NCBI RefSeq assembly: GCF_044704955.1
Contig: NC_091998.1
Coordinates: 44,640,001-44,704,000 of the forward strand
DNA length: 64,000 nt
From: Pristiophorus japonicus
Taxonomy: Eukaryota
Direction of reading: 5' to 3'
Each line of letters begins with the position of its first letter. The first letter of the stretch is position 1. Below are positions 12,942 to 25,960 of this stretch, in pieces. A model generated the notes under the pieces. That model saw only the letters and a list, made by a program, of their open reading frames with translations. It was not told the origin of the DNA and did no database searches. The position numbers and the translations under genes were made by a program.

Positions 12942-15900
12942 GCAAGCAAAATACTGCAGCTGCTGGAATCTGAATTAAAAAGAGAATGCTGGAAATCTCA
13001 GCGGGTCAGGCAGCATCTGTGGAGAGAAAAAATAGTGTTAACATTTCGGCTCGACGACCCTTTGTCAGAACTGCCGAATGTTCGAAAAGAGCACATTCTT
13101 AAGCACTGAAAGGGGGAGGGGAAGAAAACAAAAGAGAAGGTCTGTGATACGGTGGAAGGCAGGAGAGATTAGAGACAAAAGGGATGTTGGGCCGAATTGA
13201 AATGGCAACGAGAGAAGTTAGAATAAGGTTAATCAGGATAGAGTGTGAATGGCGTAATAATGACCAGCTGCCATTATAGACAAAGAGGAAAAAAAACATA
13301 AGATGGGGAGGGAGGGAAAGGGAGCCAAAGATGGCCAGAGGTTATGCTCCGAAATTGTTGAACTCGATGTTGAGTCCAGAAGGCTGTAAAGTGCCTAAAT
13401 GAAAGATGAGGTGCTGTTCCTCGAGCTTGCATTGAGCTTCATTGGAACAGTGGAGGAGTCCAAGGATGGAGATATCAGAGTGTGAGTGGAGTGGAGAATT
13501 AAAGTGACAGGCAACCGGAAGCTCAGGATCACACTTACGGACTGAACAGAGGTGTTCAGCAAAGTGGTCACCCAATCTACACTTGGTCTCCCCAATGTAG
13601 AGGAGACCACATCATGAGCAGCGAATACAGTACACTAAATTGAAAGAAGTACAAGTAAATTGCTGTTTCACCTGGAAGGAGTATTTGGGGCTCTGGATAG
13701 TGGGAAAGGAGGAGGTAAAAGGACAGGTGTTGCATCTCCTGCGCTTGTACGGGAAGGTGTCGTGGGAAGGGGAGGGGGTGATGGGGGTGACTGCGGAATG
13801 GACCAGGGTGTCGCAGAGGGAGCGGTCCCTTCGGAACGCTGAGAGGGGAGGGGAAGATGTGATTGGTGTGGGATCACGTTGGAGGTGGCAGAAATGGTGG
13901 AGGTTGAACATGAGGTTGGTGGAATGAATGGCAAGGACAATGGGAACTGTCGTCGTTTTGAGAGTGGGGGGAAGGGGTGAGAGCAGAGGTGCGGGAAATA
14001 GAACAGACACGGTCGAGGGCCATGTTAACGACGGCGGAGGGGAATCCTCGGTTGAGGAAAAAGGAAGACATATCAGAGGTACTACTGTGAAAGGTGGCAT
14101 CGTCAGACCAGATGCGACGGAGAAACTGGGAGAATGGAATGGAGTCCTTACAGGATGCATGGTGAGAGGAAGTGTAGTCCAGGTAGCTGTGAGTCAGTGG
14201 GCTTATAATGGATACTGGTCGAAAGCTTATCCCTAGAAATGGAGACAGAGAAGTCGAGGAAGGGGAAGGAAGAGTCGGAGATGGACCATGTGAAGGTGAG
14301 GAAAGGGTGGAAATTGGATGCAAAGTGAATTAAGTTTTCAAGTTCAGGGCGAGAGCAGGAAACGGCACCGATACAGTCATCAATGTACTGGAAAAGAGGT
14401 GAGGGAGGGGACCCAAGTAGGACTGGAACAAAGAATGTTCCACATATCCCATGAAAAGACAGGCATAGCTAGGACCCATGCAGGTTCTAATAGCAACACC
14501 TTTAATTTGGAGAAAGTGGAGTTAAAGGAGAAGTTGTTCAACGTGAGAACAAGTTCAGCCAGACGGAGGAGGGTGGTGGTGGATGGGGACTGGTTGGGCC
14601 TCTGCTCGAGAAAGAAGCGGAGTACCCTCAGGCTATCCTGTTGGGGGATGGAAGTGTAGAGGATTGGACATCCATGATGAAAAGGAGATGGTTGGGGCCA
14701 GGAAACTGTTAAAGTGACGGAGGCATCGGAGGAGTCGCGGATGTAGGTGGGAAGAGAGTGGACAAGGGGAGAAAAAAATAGAGTCAAGATAGGAAGAAAT
14801 AAGTTCTGTGAGGCAAGGACAGGCTGAAACGATAGGTCTACCGGGCCAGTCCTGTTTGTGGATCTTGGGAAGGAGGTAGAAGCGGGCTGTGTGGCGTTGG
14901 GGAACTATGACATTGGTCGCTGTGGAGAAAAGATCTCGAGGAGATGAGGTCAGTGACGGTCTGGGAAATGATGGCTTGATGTTCAGTGGTGGGGTCATGG
15001 TCCAGGGAGGTAGGAGGAGGTGTCAGAGAGTTGGCGATTAGCCTCTGCAAGGTAGAGGTCGGTTCGCCAAACACAACAGCGCCATCCCTGTCAGCAGGTT
15101 TAATGACGCGGTTGGATCTGAGCGAGCGGAGTGCTGCAAGTTCAGAGGGAGGTAAGTTGGAGTGAGTGAGAGGAGCAGAGAAATTGAGATGGCTGTGTCC
15201 TGTTGGTAGTTTGCAATGAAAAGATCTAGAGAGGGTAAAAGGCCAGAGGGGTCCAGGTAGAGCGAGAATTCTGAAAACGTGAGAAAGGGTCAGCTGTGTG
15301 GGGGAAGACTCCTGGCCGAAGAAGTGAGCACAGAGGTGAAGGCGGCAGAAAAATTGTTCAGCATCGTGCCGAGCTTGAAATTCATTGAGGTGGGGGCATA
15401 AGGGGATGAAGCTCAGATCTTTGCTGAAGACTGATCATCCAGGGTCAGAGGGGATAGTGAAAACATGGCAGGGGGTGAGATTGGAAGAGGTGGGATCAGA
15501 GGGAAGTGTCGGGGAAGAAGGTTCCGGAGGGACGTTGGTGTCCAAGAGTTGTTGAAGTTTACAATCCTTGACACATGAAAGGAAGGAAAAAAGTTTTTGG
15601 TTAAAGCGCTGGATGAGGCAAAGGATGAAATGGAACTGCGGACCAGGACAGCTTAGAGATAGAGTGAGTTGGTGCTGCTGAAGTTAGAGGTTGAGAGCGT
15701 GCATGTGGTGGCACATAGCATTGAGTGTGGATTCCAGGATGCAGCGAGAGCAGTGGTTCGAGGAACACTGAATATCTCAGAGATATTTGTAATCCTGGGT
15801 GGATCCAAAACATGAAGGGCGGAATTTCAGTTAAAATCCACGTGGATTAAGTCTGAGGCGGAAACAGTTACTGAGGAAAGAGATGTGGCTGTGAAAGCGC

Positions 15901-15992
15901 GTCTTGGCAGATATTGAATCAAATTCGAGAAGGGAAACAGAAAGCAAAGATGAACAAGGTAAAAGAGACAAACGGAAATCCCGTCTGAGGGA
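12942..15992 (-). mobile_element. Penelope-like retroelement (RT plus GIY-YIG endonuclease), decayed
   Basis: PLE RT motifs [22 protein letters not shown] and LAELVLTLNNFSFN. GIY-YIG region FTCTSFNLVYCIRC..(YIGET)..FAEHL..PVACHFN..KLEEQHLIFHLGTLQPSGLNIEF. Probable TSD AGACATTTAA(A/G)GAAA at 12927-12941 and 15993-16007. Confidence 0.92.
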
Positions 15993-17172
15993 AGACATTT
16001 AAGGAAATATTTCATAACTCTCAGCAGAGATATATTCCAGTGAGAAAGACTAAGAGAAGGATGAACCATTCGTGGATAACTAAGGAAGTAAAGGACGGTA
16101 TCAAATTGAAAACAAAGACAGTGAAGAATAGTGGAAGGCCAGATGATTGGGACATTTTTAGAAACCAGCAAAGGACGACTAAAAAAAATGATAGAGAAGA
16201 TAGCTTATGAGAGTAAACTCGCAGGAAATATAAAAAGACAGTAAGAGCTTCTATAGGTATATAAAAAGGAAGAGGGTAGCTAAAGTAATCAGTGGTCCCT
16301 TAGAGGATGAGACTGTGGAATTAATAATGGGAAACAGGCAGAGACTTTGAACAAATATTTTGTATCAGTCTTCACAGCAGAAGACACTAAAAGCATCCCA
16401 ATAATTGATAATCAAGGGGCTATTGGGGTGGGGGGGCAGAATGGGACTTAAAAACAATCACCATCACTAGAGTAAAAGTACTAGGCAAACTAATGGGACT
16501 AAAGGTGGACAAGTCCCCTGGCCTGATGGCCTGCATCCTAGGGCCTTAAAAGAGGTGGCAGCAGAGATAGTGGATGCATTGGTTGTAATCTACCAAAATT
16601 CCCTGGATTCTGGAGAGGTCACAGTGGATGGAAAACCGCAAATGTAACGCCCCACTTAAGAAAGTAGGGAGACAGAAATCAGGGAACTAGACCAGATAGC
16701 CTAACAGCCGTCATTGGGAAAATGCTGGAGTCCATCATTGAGGAAGTAGTAGCAGGACATTTAGAAAATCATAATGCAAACAAGCAGAGTCAGCATGGTT
16801 TTATGAAAGGGAAATCAGATGTTACATCCTCAAAGAATTCCAGAAAATTTGTAACGAGCAGGATGGATAAAGGGGAACCAGTAGATGTGTATTTGGATTT
16901 CCAGAAAGCATTCGATAAGGTGCCACATAAAAGATTACTGCACAAGATAAGAGCTCACGGGGTTGGGGGTAATATATTAGCATGGATAGAGGATTGACTA
17001 ACTAACAGAAAACAGACTCGGGATAAATGGGTCACTTTCAGGTTGGCAAACTAACTATTGGGGTGCCACAGAGATCAGTGCTGGGGCCTCAACTATTTAC
17101 AATCCATATTAAAAACTTGGATGAAGGGACCGAGTGTAATGTGGCCAAATTTGCTGATGATACCAAGATAGG

Positions 17173-17641
17173 ACCTGTAACTCCACTGGGACAATAGACG
17201 CACCAACACCAGTGTTCTCGCTCAGGCCAACATCCTTAGCATCGAAGTACTGACCATGCTCGTCCAGCTACGTTGGGCAGGCCACATCATCCACATGCCC
17301 TCTACTCGGAACTCCTACATGGCAAGCGAGCCCCAGGTAGGCAGAGGAAACGTTTCAGACACCCTCAAAGCCTCCTTGATAAAGTGCGACATCCCCACCG
17401 GCACCTGGAAATCCCTGGCTCAAGACCGCCCAAAATTGAGGAAGAGCATCCGGGAGGGCGCTGAGCACCTCGACGCCGAGCGCATGCAGAAATCAAGCGC
17501 GGAAGGCAAACCAGGCTCCTTACCCACCCTTTCCTTCAACCACTGTCTACCCCACCTATGACAGAGACTGTAATTCCCACATTGGACCTGCAAACTCACT
17601 TTTAGAGTGGAATCAAGTCTTCTTCAAGGCCTATGATGATG
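17173..17641 (+). mobile_element. RTE LINE 3' fragment inserted in CR1
   Basis: Peptide QLRWAGHIIHMP..DTLKASL..WKSLAQDR. Ends in GCCTATGATGATGA, after which the CR1 resumes at GGTGGGAAAGC. Confidence 0.85.
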
Positions 17642-20600
17642 AGGTGGGAAAGCAAGTTGTGAGGACACAAAGAATCTGCAAAGGGATATAGATAGGCTAA
17701 ATGAGTGGGTATGGAGAGAAAGCAGGAAAGAGATACTGAGGGAATGATCAGCCATGATCTTATTGAATGGTTGTGTAGGCTCAAAGGGCCGAATGGCCTA
17801 CTCCTGCACCTATTTTCAATGTTTCTATGTTAGCATACAGGTACAGCAAATAATCAGGAACGCAAATGGAATGTTGGCCTTTATTGCAAGGAGGAATGGA
17901 TTATAAAAGTAGGGACACAACTGTACACGGTATTGGTGAGGCCACACCTGGAGTAGTGTGTAGTTTTGGTCTCCTTATTTAAGGAGGGATATACTTGCAT
18001 TGGATGTTCAGAGAAGGTTCACGAGGTTGATTCCTGAGCTGAGGGGTTGTCAGATGAAAGGTTGGGCCTATACTCATTGGAATTTAGAAGACTGAGAGGT
18101 GATCATATTGAGAGAGGGCTCAACAGGGTAGATGCAGAAAGGATGTTTTTCTTCGTGGAGGTATCTAGAACTAGGGGGCAGTTTCAGAATAAGTCGTCGT
18201 CCATTAAAAACACAGATGAAGAATTTCTTCTGAGGGTCGTGAATCTTTGGAATTCTCTACCCTAGAGTTGTGGAGGCCAAGTCATTGAATATATTTAAGG
18301 TGGAGATAAAGATTTTTGTACGGTAAGGGAGTCAAGGGTTATGGGGAGCAGACAGGTATCATAAGAAATGAGTAGGCCATTTGGCCCCTTGAGCCTACAC
18401 TACCATTTAATACGATCATGGCTGATCTGATCATGGACTCAGCTCCAGTGGAGGTGAGACCAAGATCAAATCAGCCATCATGATCTTACTGAATGGTGGA
18501 GCAGGCTCAAGGGGCCAAATGGCCTACTCCTATTTCTTATGTAGGCCCTACACCCTGGAATGCCCTCCGATTCTCGTTCCTCCTTTAAGCCGCTCCTTAA
18601 AACCTACCTCTGTCGTAATATCTCCATATGTGGTTTGGTGTCAAATTCTAGAGCTTCTGTGAAGTGCCTTGGACTGTTTTACTATGTTAAAGGCTCTATA
18701 ATAAAGGCAAGTTGTTAACTGGGCATCAGAATATATTGGGTATCTTTAGAGGGAAGCAAGAAAATAATGAATTGCCTTAAAAATAAGGTGGGAAGAAATA
18801 AGTACATTTTCCTTATAATGAGAGCACTTGCAAGTGTCTCAAGGCATGTCTCAATCATGATTACCCTCTTCAGGTCCAAAGGAATGGAGCATAAATACTC
18901 TGGGGTAAAACAAAATCAAACTGCAGCTGAAGAGGAATTGAGTACCAGATACTTGAGCCACATGGCTTCTGGTGGTTAGCAATGTGGAATATGAAAGCAC
19001 AAAATGTATGAATAGCTCATTCTTTGGGTATATTAAAATTGTATGTGTGATAGTATTATCAATAGATATATTAAATGGGGTCAGAAACAAAGTGGTTAAA
19101 ACTACTTTTGGGGAAAAATAAATGCAGTATGATTGAAATGTAATTTTTGAAGTGCTGGTCTTGTGTGGGATATTTGATGATCTATATTCCAGAAAAACAG
19201 TAGTTAAATTAATTATAGCTAACCAGAAGTATGACCTGATTTTTCCAGCTATCAACAAATTTAAGTCTTTTTACAAATCTTAACCATGTGCAAGATATCA
19301 TCTCATTAATTTATTCATAGTTTAGCTTTTGAGTGGAAAGCTTAAGAAACAGGTTTGTGACCTATTGAGTTAACCTGTAATTAACTCAAATTATCTACCA
19401 TATGATACATTAACAGAACTGCAGTCCAACATCCTTTTGACAAATTGCAGTGTTTAATTATAGTCACTATCAAATTTGCCTGAAAGCCAGTCGTCTTAAA
19501 ATATATACAACATCTGCAACTGGTCAGTAAAGCAGTTGACGCCACAGGAGCACGATAGCTGAGGATGGTTTCTGATGAAAACCTTGAGCATCTTCTTGCC
19601 ATTACAACACACCATGAGATTTATATATAGAACAACATGACCAAGGCTGCTAACTCAGTGCATTCTGCAGTCATAATAACCATGGCAGTGATGGTTCAAA
19701 CTCATCCAAGCATTTACATTTTTGTATGACTTTCTCCAGCATGATCTGCTTTTGCCAAGCAGTAACTATGGCCAAGTGTGAGCAGACAACCAGGGTCCAT
19801 TTGCTCTCACTGTTGCTGAGCAATATAGAGCATAGGAACAGGAGTAAGCCATTGGCCCATCAAAGCTTCTCTTATCAGCAACAGCAGTTCTTTATCTTGT
19901 TGATCCTAAAGTGCACACCCATTGCCAGCTTCCATGGTATTCTTAAAGCAACTGATCCAGTTTGATCTCAGACTAAGCAGAGTTCAGCTGGCCTCTCTTC
20001 TGTGGTCTTGTGCATGCCTGGGTGACACCCTGGATAGGGAGCATGCAGTGTCACCCAGTACTCTTGATACCTTCTGCAACCAGTGGACACCACAGGAGAG
20101 GCAATAGTTGATATTCACAATCACACTATGACTTAATTATCTGTTTTTACTGTAGTGTACAGCTGTTTGCTTTATACTTACCAAAGTGGTTTTTGTTCCC
20201 ATCTGGGTGACACGGAGGAAACTCAATAACCCACCCCTTCTTTCTGTCCCATATCTTTACTTACCTTTTAAAACAGCTAAATTGTCATCTCTATTCAGTA
20301 TCAAACCCTGTGCCCCCCTCCCAAGATTTGCTTTTATACATTGGATTTTAATTTAGAACACGCCATTCTTTATTTTCAACATTTTGATAGATCACTACTT
20401 AACCTTGCTCTCCAGGAAATAAGGAACAAATGATATAATGAGCCTTGGAGAAAGTGCAGAGAAGAACCCTACTATCAGAAGACAGTTAGGAAAGATTAAA
20501 ACAGAATTTGACTCTTAAGCTTTGAAGAAGAGGTAAATAAGAGGAAGGCTTTATTGAAGCATGAATGATACTAAAGACTTGCATTTATATAGCACCCTTC

Positions 20601-21231
20601 ACAACCTCAGTTTGTCCCAAAGCACTCAACAACCAATGAAGTACTTTTTGAAGTGTAGTCACTGTTATAATGTAGAAAGCATAATTTGTACTTGTACTAA
20701 ATGTCAAATGCAAGTACTATTTCAAATTGAACCACAACTCAAGGACAAGGCAAATGCATACCAATTGGTAAAGTTAATGTTGCTGATTTGGGTCCTGAAC
20801 AAGGAATGAGAAAGTAATGGATACAAACACTCAACTCATTCAAGAGGCAGTTCAACCTGGTGATGCATCCAGGGAAGGATAGGCTGAGTGACCTCCCTCA
20901 TCTGTACTCACTCACAATCCAAGTCATCATCTATCGGAATTGCTGTTGTGTTCCAAAATCAATCCATCCTGCACAAGACAGGTTACCCAAAAATACAATT
21001 GTTGAAATTAAGTCTGACCAATGCTCTGAAAGCTTGCGTTTCTAGTTTATGCTTCCCGTGAAGCCATCTCCCACTAACTGTTTTGAGCACGCTCTCCTCT
21101 TTTCCCCCTCACCCCACGACGTTCAAATCTCTCCATGGCTGTGCCTTTCCTGATCTCTAATCGCCTCCATCTTTATACAAGTTAAACAACTTCTCAATTC
21201 TACCCCTCTAGAAAATTAACCCCACTTTAAT

Positions 21232-21575
21232 AAATGGCTATTAATCTGCATCATTACTTAGTGATTTGAGAATCTGTACCCCCAGATCCCTGCTTCTCTA
21301 CCCCATTTAAGCACTTATTTTCCAAGGCCTCCTTATTCTTCCTACCAAAATGTACTACCCCATATTTACCAGTATTGAAGTTAATTTGCCAATTACATGC
21401 CTGTCCTGCATATTTATTAATGTCTATATTTTCACAGATTTCTTTTACCATACCCCCCCAATTTGGTGTCTGCAAATTTTGAAATTGTACTTCTGACGAG
21501 AGTCCAAATCATTTATGTAAATAGTTAACAGTGGTCCCAGTATTGATCCTGTGGATCACCACTTCCTACCTTTTA
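21232..21575 (-). mobile_element. CR1 RT fragment, antisense
   Basis: ORF contains WQINFNTGKYGVVHFGRKN, and a KFADT-like motif lies near 21470. Confidence 0.75.
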
Positions 21576-21934
21576 CCTTGAGGCCTGCTGAGTTTTATTT
21601 TCCATAGCCTTTTAAGCCCGGATCTATTTACATTGTATATACCCGATGGCAGGGATGTCCAACCTATTGTCCCAGCCCCTGCCAATCTGGCTGACAAAGC
21701 CTAAACATTACAATTCTGAACATGGTGTTAATTCATTGGTGTATAGACGAGTTCAGTAAATTGGGATATGCAAATTAACTAATCTACAACAAATGTAAAA
21801 AGAGTGTCCACGAGTGTCATTATTTCTTCCCCATCCTTCCATGGAGAGCTTATAAAAAATACAATATGACTTAATTACATTTCTGCTTAGCATAACTAGC
21901 CTCACATTTTGCTGCAGTAAATTAATAAAAATAC

Positions 21935-22530
21935 AGAGAGTAGTGCGAGGCATGCTAATCTTTAATGAACATTTAACAACTTCAATTACAAATGAGTAAT
22001 TCTCTAATTGGTTAGGTTTAAATGGAAGACTTTAAAACAACTGCGCACATTTGAATCTTGCACTTGATTGACCCACTCAAGTGGACAGGCAAGTAACTCA
22101 CTGTGGCCCAATCAGAATCCTAATCAGCATACTTATTTCAAGTGTTAAATGTCAAAAAGAAGCTTCTCCAGCTCATAGTTCACAGTATTAAATAGCAAAC
22201 CGCCTCGTTAATTAAAAGCATGCAGTAATAAACTCAAACACTATACAAAAAAAAGACAATGGTTCTCAAATTGAAAGTATTTAAGCATCAAAGTCTAAGA
22301 CAAAAAAGAATGTAAAAAAGAAGTTTACAATTTCTACAGTACACATTCAGCCAAGTTGGACTCCATTTAAACATATACTGATTTAAAAGACTCAAGTGAT
22401 AGCTTTGACTTCCATTTGTACAGGTTTCACATTAAACAATCTGAATAAACGGCTCTACTGATGCACAGGGTCACGACTATAGCAACACTGCCCTGAAGAT
22501 AGGTGGTGCTCAGGTGGTTGCTCAGCACAT
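21935..22530 (-). other. SLC20A1: SLC20A1 3' UTR with candidate poly(A) signal ATTAAA (21966-21961)
   Basis: Follows the stop codon, is AU-rich, and the ATTAAA is followed by a U/GU-rich downstream element. The cleavage site is inferred. Confidence 0.5.
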
Positions 22531-22686
22531 TTATAAGATAGCATACTTGAATAAAGCCATGATGGCAGCACTAATAAGACCAGCGATTGGGACTGTAACA
22601 AACCACGCCATGAAGATGTTGCGGAAGAGGCGCCAGTCAACAGCTTTTTTTGCACGCATCCAGCCAACAGCTACAACCGAGCCAAC
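22531..22686 (-). CDS. SLC20A1: SLC20A1 last coding exon ([51 protein letters not shown])
   Basis: PiT C-terminal helices. Acceptor gcAG|GTT, TAA at 22533-22531. Confidence 0.96.
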   Translation of the reverse strand, partial: VGSVVAVGWMRAKKAVDWRLFRNIFMAWFVTVPIAGLISAAIMALFKYAIL

Positions 22687-23019
22687 CTGCAGAAGCAAGT
22701 GGTAGTTAATATTAGCAAGTGTTCTGTTTACATGCAGTTTGACAGATTTCTTTAAGGAAGGAGGCATTTTGTGTATCTTGGTAAAGGGCACCTTCATGTT
22801 TAATCATGTGACTGCAGTGTATTCTAGTGAATTTGATCATGAATATGATGCCCAGTCATGACCGGAGCTTACTGCAAATTAAATGTCTTAAGCACGTGGT
22901 CATAATTGAAACTTGGAACAGCCCCATACAGCACCCAAACACTAATTCTACACCAGGAAAATCAAAGAACATTTTGTCTACCAATTCTTGTGTTACACAT
23001 TTTGCATCAAATCCCTTTA

Positions 23020-23199
<180 letters not shown>

Positions 23200-23874
23200 T
23201 CATCAGTCCATTTATGCTGAAATTTAATTTCATACGGGTTGACAACACTATAGCTAATTATGCAATGACATCAAATGCTTGGATATTGGATGATGAATCC
23301 AACAATGTTAAGTGTTTCTGGGTTGCCTAATGGAATAGTTTTCTGGCTAGTAAAATCTGCAGAAGCCCAGTGGCAAATGAGTGATAAAAACAAGTATTAA
23401 TGCCTTCATTCCTTGTGTTATAGCTGCAGGGTTAAAACCAGGTTTACCTGAAGGAGGAATGGATTTGCTGGGTAACCTGTTCCAGGACCACAGACAGACA
23501 CACAACACACTTTTTAGGGGCCCACAACACAAAACAGAGCCAAACCCAACAGGGATGGCTCCTGTGGAAAGTGAAGTCACACTGGTTCAGGGGTGTACTT
23601 CAGGCTGTACTAGAGCAGGAGCTTTATTGATGCAGAGGAAGCTATTTTATCCAGATATTCAATGTTTAAATTTAAAAAAAACCCAAATATGACCTTGTTC
23701 AGAGATCGATCAATATATAGACACCAAGGAAAAGATACGTCAGCCAACTTATTGGAGCCCATCAACCATATTGCACATGACTCGATTATCAGCTCAACTT
23801 CAGTACACTTAACATCTGTTCCCTTAACATATTCAAATCCTATTAACCAACGAACAGTTAAAAAGATTGTTTAC

Positions 23875-24060
23875 CTTGAGGGAGTGATTGGCGTCAGATC
23901 CTTGCCCATGGTTTGAATAACTCTCCGCCCCCAAACCCACAGACCAAGACATATGCCCACGCCTCCGTACAACAGAAGCCAGATTGGCGTTTCCATCCTC
24001 GAGTCAACATCGTGTGTGTCATAAACAACCCACAGAGTAACCAAAGGACCAATTGCATTA
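23875..24060 (-). CDS. SLC20A1: SLC20A1 coding exon 8 ([45 protein letters not shown])
   Basis: 186 nt, AG/GT flanks, contains retroviral-receptor region A. Confidence 0.96.
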
Positions 24061-24601
24061 CTGAAAAACAACCAGTTTAACAGGCCATAAGTAAAGGCAA
24101 GCAGATAACCCCAAACATTATATATAGTTTTCATATATGTAAACATTACATCACTTGCTTTCCAAATAGACAATAGTAGTCAGCCAGCCAATACACCTTC
24201 CCACAAACTTTAGCACAGTAGGCCAGCCTAGCTACTTCAATGCAATTTCTTTGCATTCACCCTTTTCAAATACTAACCTAATTCCCTTTTTAAACATTTT
24301 GCTTTCTGCCTCAATAACCACTTGTGGTAAAACACCAAGTCTTCAAAGCCCCATTTCCCCATACATTCCACTAGTTATAATGAGCCTATGCTCCCTCATT
24401 ACAGATTCACCAACTAGTAGTCAATTTTTTGCTGTTTATCTTCTCAAACCCTCCATGCACAACATTTCTACTCCGTGTCCCTTAACCTCTTGTTTGTGAA
24501 AAGCTTCAGTGTTGAACTCCTCATTCCAGATATCATGTGAATCTTCATTGTACCATGTCCATACCTCCAATATCCTTCCAACAATAGTGTGCCCAAAACT
24601 G

Positions 24602-25161
24602 TGTGGCGGCCCTAACCGGAGTGGAAACATCAGCAGTAGGTCAGGGCCATAAAAGGAGCAGCGGTCTGGGAGTAGCGTGGCGGCCCAGACCTGAGAGAAA
24701 CCCCCAGCGGCAGGCCTGGACCACTCCAGGATCATCACGAGCTGGTCTGGGAGGGCGACGGCTGTGAAGAGGGAGACTGGATTGGACGTCACCATAACTC
24801 AGATCGGTAATTGGAGCGTGGGCAGGTACAGCAGGAGTGGAGAGGTTGAGGCGAAGGAGTGGCAAGAGATCAGGGCCCAGGAGAGGTGCGAGTTTGGAGC
24901 CCAGGAGCAGCAAGGGCCAGCCCACACTGCGATGTATGTGCACTAGGTCTGTGCAGCAGAGCAGGTCTCCAGTCGTCTTGGTTAACCCTCACCACTGGAC
25001 CAAGACCTAGCTCGGTCAAGCTCGTGTGGTGGCTGGTGTGCAACAGCCACCACACGTCAATATGCAGTTCAGGAATATTAGGTCTTTCATTGAAACATCT
25101 GTGAACTCATCCTTTTTGGCATGGAAGCAAGTCATCCTCGATTTGAGGGACCACCTAAGAA
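24602..25161 (+). mobile_element. Non-autonomous retroposon with an RTE-like 3' end, in an SLC20A1 intron
   Basis: The 3' end GGAAGCAAGTCATCCTCGATTTGAGGGACCACCTA resembles the RTE terminus. TSD GC(C/T)CAAAACTG at 24591-24601 and 25162-25172. A related copy lies at 44392-44824. Confidence 0.75.
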
Positions 25162-25395
25162 GCTCAAAACTGCAAGCAGTACATCCCCCTGGCCTAACCA
25201 TCAATTTGTACAAATTCATTACTTCCTTGCTTTTATATTATATAAATGTTAGGCTTCTTCCTGGCAGAAAGTGTGGAACCCTTGATAATTTAAGAGTTCC
25301 TGGTCATAACAAGCAGCCATTTGAAACTGAACTAAGAATTGCAGACCATAACGTGTCAATGTCTTGTCAGAAATCAAATGCAAAAGATTACTCAC

Positions 25396-25960
25396 CTGAC
25401 ATCATTGCCACCGTGAGCAAAGGAGCCGAAGCAGGCAGTCAGGATCTGCAAGAACTGAAATAGTAATGAAACTTCAGGCTTTTCCTGCTCACGCCATTCC
25501 TCCACAGACCCGTCACTGCACTTGCGGTCTGTCAATTCAATTTCAAGCTTCACACCTTCATTCTCAGGAGTTTTGTTGGAGTCAGCCATAGCGTTACAGT
25601 AACTACTATAGCTATCTTGTCGGATGCGTTTCTTTGATTCCAAGCCGGATGCGGTCAGTTTTTCCATTTCCTCTGCCTTGGCTTCCCCTTCTTTGGGCTT
25701 GAAGGAATCGAGAGGCATGCCACAGATTGCCATGGTGTAACAGGTGTAGCTGTTGTTGCGACGTAGGGGCCTGCTGCCTGGTTCATGCGAGTCTCCAGCA
25801 CAGTCGATCATTTTGGCTAAGTGCAACTTGTGAAGAAGCTCTTTGTACAATCCAGAATCCTTGTGTACAGTGTGATAGTGACCACTGTAGCCGTTGGTAC
25901 TTGTATGGTTACTGATAACCTGGTTGAACTGCACATGATTACTTCCAAATTGCATCGTCC
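25396..25960 (-). CDS. SLC20A1: SLC20A1 coding exon 7 (large intracellular loop to GGNDVS)
   Basis: YHTVHKDSGLYKELLHKLHLAK, RRNNSYTCYTMAICGMPLDSF and KKRIRQDSYSSYCNA are PiT-1-type loop motifs. 565 nt, AG/GT flanks. Confidence 0.96.

Larger units (their letters stand above)
12712..18542 (+). mobile_element. Long CR1 LINE ORF2 remnant, split by a Penelope-like insertion (12942-15992) and an RTE insertion (17173-17641)
   Basis: Endonuclease end (GGGAAGAGTGATCAT), RT motifs SQHGFMKGKS, YLDFQKAFDKVPH and KFADDTK, and a 3' UTR with GGCCTACTCCT. The sequence is colinear across both insertions. Confidence 0.85.

Noticed and set aside
19545-19625. hAT transposase dimerisation-domain remnant (VSDENLEHLLAITT)
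   Set aside because: Only about 14 residues of resemblance, with no TIRs or other motifs. Too weak without an HMM search.
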